DNA from: Verrucomicrobiia bacterium
GTDB lineage: Bacteria; Verrucomicrobiota; Verrucomicrobiia; Limisphaerales; UBA1319
Length of the DNA: 64,000 bases
Direction of reading: 5' to 3'
Assembly: GCA_963664225.1 (NCBI GenBank)
Contig: OY760937.1
Coordinates: forward strand, 3,424,001 to 3,488,000
Part shown: in pieces, positions 60,233 through 64,000 of the stretch
How the letters are laid out: the number at the start of each line of letters is the position of its first letter
How positions within the stretch are numbered: position 1 is the stretch's first letter
The notes under the pieces: generated by a model
The model's database searches: none
The model's input: only the letters and a program-made list of their open reading frames with translations
What the model was told of the DNA's origin: nothing
Program-made: the position numbers and the translations under genes

Positions 60233-60853
60233 TCATCCCCTTCTCAACCGCCTTTTCATATCCACAGCCGGATAGATATAGCGCACCTCGGCTGCGGGAT
60301 ATTCAATGGGCTGATAAGACACATTCAGGCTCTCCAGGCGGATCACGCTCCCCTCGGGTCCCGTCCGCCGCAGCCGCTTGAAGAGCACTCCCGAGCTGTT
60401 CGCCAGTCGGCACACCACGAAATCCCCGTTTCTCGGCTCCACGTTGGGCGCGAACACCACCAGATCCCCCGCGTAAAACTCCGGCTCCATCGAATCGCCC
60501 TCGAGTATCAGCGCAAAGGAGTTCGCATCCCGGCAATCCGTTTCCACCGAGTCATCAATCTGGTTGCAGAGATCCCCGTAATCCAGCGCCTGACCCGCCC
60601 GGGCCCAGGAAACCACCGGCACCCGCCGTGGAAACTCCTGGTTCACCCGCACGATCCGCGATTCCCCCACCGCCAGCTCCACGTTGCGCAACGCCTGCAA
60701 AAGCTGCGCCGAGGCCTTCTGATACCCCCGCGCAATCTTGCGCATGGTTTCGGACTTGATCGCCACCCGCGCCGCCAGTTCGTCGGGGGCCAGCCCCGTT
60801 CGCCGGCAAATACCGGCAATCTCATCGGCCTGAGCCTGGAACTTGATGATCAT
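60233..60853 (-). CDS. XRE/CI-like repressor with S24 autopeptidase domain
   Basis: N-terminal HTH; VPVVSWARAG cleavage site, GDSMEP (Ser), FKRL (Lys). Confidence 0.9.
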   Translation of the reverse strand: MIIKFQAQADEIAGICRRTGLAPDELAARVAIKSETMRKIARGYQKASAQLLQALRNVELAVGESRIVRVNQEFPRRVPVVSWARAGQALDYGDLCNQIDDSVETDCRDANSFALILEGDSMEPEFYAGDLVVFAPNVEPRNGDFVVCRLANSSGVLFKRLRRTGPEGSVIRLESLNVSYQPIEYPAAEVRYIYPAVDMKRRLRRG

Positions 60854-60876
60854 AGTTAAAAAAGTGCGAACCGCTC

Positions 60877-60919
60877 TTGACAGTGTCACAATAAGACTTA
60901 TTATAGTCTTATTATGACA
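60877..60919 (+). promoter_or_regulatory. Sigma70 promoter overlapped by a palindromic operator
   Basis: TTGACA-N16-TATTAT; inverted repeat TGTCACAATAAGACT-N6-AGTCTTATTATGACA (14/15). Confidence 0.75.
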
Positions 60920-61279
60920 AACGCCACTTCTCCTAATCAACTCCTAAACTCCGCTCAAGTCAAACAGAATAAGCCGTTAATCCACAAATCCGCCGCATCG
61001 GACAGTCTTAACAAGTCTATCGCGCGTCTCAATACGCCAACTCCTCCGGATTTCGATTGGCAGTCTCTCGTTCCCGCCAAAAACCTCCTCCGCGTGCAGG
61101 AAGTCGCCCACATGCTCTCCTGCTCGGTCGATCACGTCTATAACCTGCTCGAGGAAGGCGCCCTGAAAGTCGCCGTCGATATTCGCACCCAGGGCGCCCG
61201 CCGTTCCTGTCCCCGCGTGCTCCGCGCCAGCGTCTTGGAATTCCTCCAGCGCAGCGACCTGGCCAAAAAATGTGTCTGA
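60914..61279 (+). CDS. Excisionase/MerR-like helix-turn-helix protein
   Basis: LLRVQEVAHMLSCSVDHVYNLLEEGAL...RVLRASVLEFL. Confidence 0.8.
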   Translation: MTNATSPNQLLNSAQVKQNKPLIHKSAASDSLNKSIARLNTPTPPDFDWQSLVPAKNLLRVQEVAHMLSCSVDHVYNLLEEGALKVAVDIRTQGARRSCPRVLRASVLEFLQRSDLAKKCV

Positions 61280-61415
61280 AACCAGCCGGGCATCAGACCG
61301 CATCAGGAAAAGGAAAACCACGCACAGGGGGTCGTCGAACCCAGCGCGAATACCAATCCGCCAACCGTCTCAAACCCACAGTCCACGGCCGAAATCGCAA
61401 AACTTAATCCATGTG

Positions 61416-61736
61416 GCGCCGTCACCGCAACTCGTAGCGCAGGTTTCCAATCTGCAAACGCTGAAATGCAAGAGCGCATTCCAATCTTCACGCGTCTGTA
61501 AAACCGCAAGTGGAGCGCCGGTCTCCAGACCGGCTTACCGCTCTGAACCCTCAGCAACCCAAAGCACAGTCACCGTTACTGCCGTTACGCAGCCACCCCA
61601 CCTGCTTGCGCATCCAAACCGCAACTCGTATCGCAGATTTCCAATCTGCAAACGCTGGAACGCACGGGCGCATTCCAAACTTCACGAGCGCGCAAACCCC
61701 AATGCTGCGCGCCGTCACCGCAACTCGCATCGCAGC
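61416..61736. repeat. Cluster of degenerate REP copies
   Basis: GCGCCGTCACCGCAACTCG twice; TTTCCAATCTGCAAACGCTG twice. Confidence 0.7.
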
Positions 61737-61846
61737 TTGCATCATCCGTTGGTTGGTCGTCTTTTTTTCGACTACCCTCGAGCCGATTTACCAGGAGCAT
61801 GAACAATGCGCGCTATAGGAAAAGTGCGCAGTGACGATACACAATT

Positions 61847-62707
61847 GTGACATGCAAGTTCCATCAAATGGTCTGTCTCGGCTTATGGCTGATTCATGCG
61901 GGAATTCCCCAGCATGCGCAGGCCGCGCTGGCGCCCGAAAAACTCTACCAAAAAGTGCTGCCTTCGGTGATGACCTTGGAAGTGGAAAACCAGACCGGGC
62001 AGAGGTTTGTAGGCAGCGCCGTGCTGGCCCGTGCAAATGATGTGGCGCTGACGGCCTGGCACGTCATCGCCGATGCGCGTTCCGTTTGGGCCGTGTTCGC
62101 TGACGGCCAGCGCGTCAGAGTGATTGGGTGCATCGACCATAACGGCGTCCGCGATCTGGCATTATTGAAACTGGAAAAGAAACTCCCCCGGCGACAGGCG
62201 ACTTTATGCCCTGACCTGCAATCTGTGGCGGCCCGGGCTTACGTGATCGGCGCACCCAAAGGTTTTGATTTTAGCATCGGCGACGGCTTGATCAGCCAGG
62301 TTCGGAGCATAAACGGATTTCTGCAGTATCAGCTTTCCTGTCCCATCTCTCCGGGAAATAGCGGGGGCCCAATCCTCAACAATCGTGGTGAAGTCATCGG
62401 CATTGTCTCGTGGACCAAGACGGACGCGCAGAACGTGAGCTTTGCCATTCCAGCCCGGGAATTCATGGGACTTAACGTTTCCCTGCCGCCGAGGACTTGG
62501 GGGGAAATGGCGGCCAGCGCAAGCTCCTTCCCGTCTCCCAAGTCGGGTAAATCGGGTCATAAACCGGCCATGATGTCCGAAGACGACGCCGATGCCAGAA
62601 CCTACGCAGCCTTCAAGAGTCGGCTCAAAGAATCCGCAGGCAAGACCGTGACCGTCGTTCTCCAAGAAGAAGCGCGAACAAACACATTCACGTTTACGGT
62701 CAAGTGA
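61847..62707 (+). CDS. Trypsin-like serine protease (S1C)
   Basis: LTAWHVI, DLALLKL, ISPGNSGGP. Confidence 0.9.
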   Translation: MTCKFHQMVCLGLWLIHAGIPQHAQAALAPEKLYQKVLPSVMTLEVENQTGQRFVGSAVLARANDVALTAWHVIADARSVWAVFADGQRVRVIGCIDHNGVRDLALLKLEKKLPRRQATLCPDLQSVAARAYVIGAPKGFDFSIGDGLISQVRSINGFLQYQLSCPISPGNSGGPILNNRGEVIGIVSWTKTDAQNVSFAIPAREFMGLNVSLPPRTWGEMAASASSFPSPKSGKSGHKPAMMSEDDADARTYAAFKSRLKESAGKTVTVVLQEEARTNTFTFTVK

Positions 62708-63132
62708 TAAATATCTGAATTGGCACATATTGGTTTCAATGCGTTACCACATTATAGGCCGGGTGCCCTCACCCGGCGTCCGTTGAATTGCCCCCCCGAA
62801 CGCCTTTCTCTGGGCGCGGCCTTTGAGGGTTTTGTATGGAGTCCCGTCTTTAGACGGCGCAGCATTCAAAAGGAGGGAAGTTTGAATATTTCTAACCCTC
62901 TCGATAATCCGATGACCTGCTCGAATTCGTAAAACCCACCATTATTCTATTTTCCAATCAAACGATTCCCTTCAAGCATCCCGGCAGGGATCGCAGACCC
63001 TTTTCAATGAGCTCGCGTCCCGCCCGGTCAATCGCAATCAAAATCTCCATCGGACCGCCACGTTTATCCACCTTCTTGCGCGTCCAAACCGCAACTCGTA
63101 GCGCAGACATCCTGTCTTGTATGTTTGAATTT

Positions 63133-63353
63133 GCCACTTGTTTGTTGGTTCGCGTTGAACAAGAAAGAAGTGGTGTCCCTTCCCCGCCTGCAGGCGGGGA
63201 AGGGACGGCGGACGCGTGTTCGTTCCAATCTTGGTCTGGTGAAAGCCAGACCGTACGGCAGCATGAATCGCGCTCGCCTTTGTCCGAAACTCGAACCGTT
63301 ACCAGAGCGGCGTGTTACAACGCCAGCTCGTATTTGCAAGAATGAGTCCGAAC
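63133..63353 (+). ncRNA. Putative IS110 bridge RNA
   Basis: 5' hairpin(s), then two stem/internal-loop/stem domains whose loops match the target REP and the element end; boundaries approximate. Confidence 0.8.
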
Positions 63354-63365
63354 AACTTTAATATT

Positions 63366-64000
63366 ATGACTGAAAAATCCGCCCCTGTCCATGTCGGTCT
63401 GGACGTCGCCAAGGCCACTCTCCAACTTCACCTTCCCGGACGGCTCCTGGACGTGACCAACGATGCGGCGGGGCACACACAACTGGTCCAATGTCTGGGT
63501 GCTGTGCCCGGTGCCCACGTGATCCTCGAAGCCACTGGCGGCTATGAGCGTGCCGTCGTGGCGGCACTTCACACGGCCGGTTTACCCGTCAGCGTGGTCA
63601 ACCCGGCCCAGACCCGTGCCTTCGCCCGCGCCACCGGCCAGCGGGCCAAGAGCGATCCGATCGATGCTGCCAGCCTGAGCGCCTTCGGCAAGGCCCTGGA
63701 GCCCGCTGCCACCACCGCCCCGACGCCAGCCCACACTGAGCTCACCGCCCTGGTGACCTGGCGCGAACAACTCAAAGATCTCCTGACCATCGCCAAAAAT
63801 CAGGCCGAACACCACGACTCACCCTTCGTCCGCACCGAACACGCCAAGCTGATACGGCATCTGGAAAGCCGTTTGGCCGCAGTGCTGGCCGAATTAACCG
63901 CCGCCCTGGCCCGCCACGCCGTCGAGCAAAAACAAGTCACCCGCCTGGCGGAAATTCCCGGCGTGGGGATGCTGACGGCCGTGACGGTAGTGGCGCAGAT
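63366..64000 (+). CDS. IS110-family transposase/recombinase, 3'-truncated by the window
   Basis: VGLDVAK, ILEATGGYE, VVNP...RAFA, AKSDPIDA, IPGVG..TA; missing from the ORF track because there is no stop in the window. Confidence 0.95.
   Translation, partial: MTEKSAPVHVGLDVAKATLQLHLPGRLLDVTNDAAGHTQLVQCLGAVPGAHVILEATGGYERAVVAALHTAGLPVSVVNPAQTRAFARATGQRAKSDPIDAASLSAFGKALEPAATTAPTPAHTELTALVTWREQLKDLLTIAKNQAEHHDSPFVRTEHAKLIRHLESRLAAVLAELTAALARHAVEQKQVTRLAEIPGVGMLTAVTVVAQ

Larger units (their letters stand above)
63116..64000 (+). mobile_element. IS110-family element, left part (right end outside the window)
   Basis: REP copy interrupted at a CT; ~250-nt structured non-coding left end; DEDD transposase. 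Confidence 0.9.

Noticed and set aside
60233..60853. Host SOS repressor LexA
   Set aside because: The N-terminus looks XRE/CI-like rather than winged-helix, and the divergent excisionase-like partner suggests mobile-element origin
1..64000. tRNA, rRNA or known riboswitch
   Set aside because: None recognised by eye; a tRNAscan/Rfam search would be needed to exclude them

Overview
64-kb GC-rich bacterial chromosomal window, most likely from a member of the Verrucomicrobiota. This is inferred from the PV-type microcompartment genes, H-X9-DG pilin-like genes, LTD/CotH and LamG exoproteins, and an ECF sigma factor with a long C-terminal extension. It holds the 3' part of a Planctomycetes/Verrucomicrobia bacterial-microcompartment locus, housekeeping genes (argH, purC, purB, mqnC, xerD, murJ, two nagB-like), outer-membrane and metal-uptake genes, a cytochrome c/NrfC/NrfD module, two ECF systems and many REP-like repeats. 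Mobile and accessory items: a complete IS3 element that splits a gene, degenerate integron-type cassettes, a ~265-bp x5 tandem array, an orphan CI/Cro-like switch, and an IS110 element at the right edge. Two findings stand out. (1) The IS110 left end folds as a bridge RNA whose target guides spell this genome's own REP motif (TTCCAAT-CT-GCCGTA), and the element sits at the CT core of such a REP. (2) A CxxC/His-rich uORF ending in RGPP has last codons that can pair with the initiation region of a porin plus ATPase-less metal-uptake operon. All calls come from reading motifs by eye; no database searches or folding programs were run.
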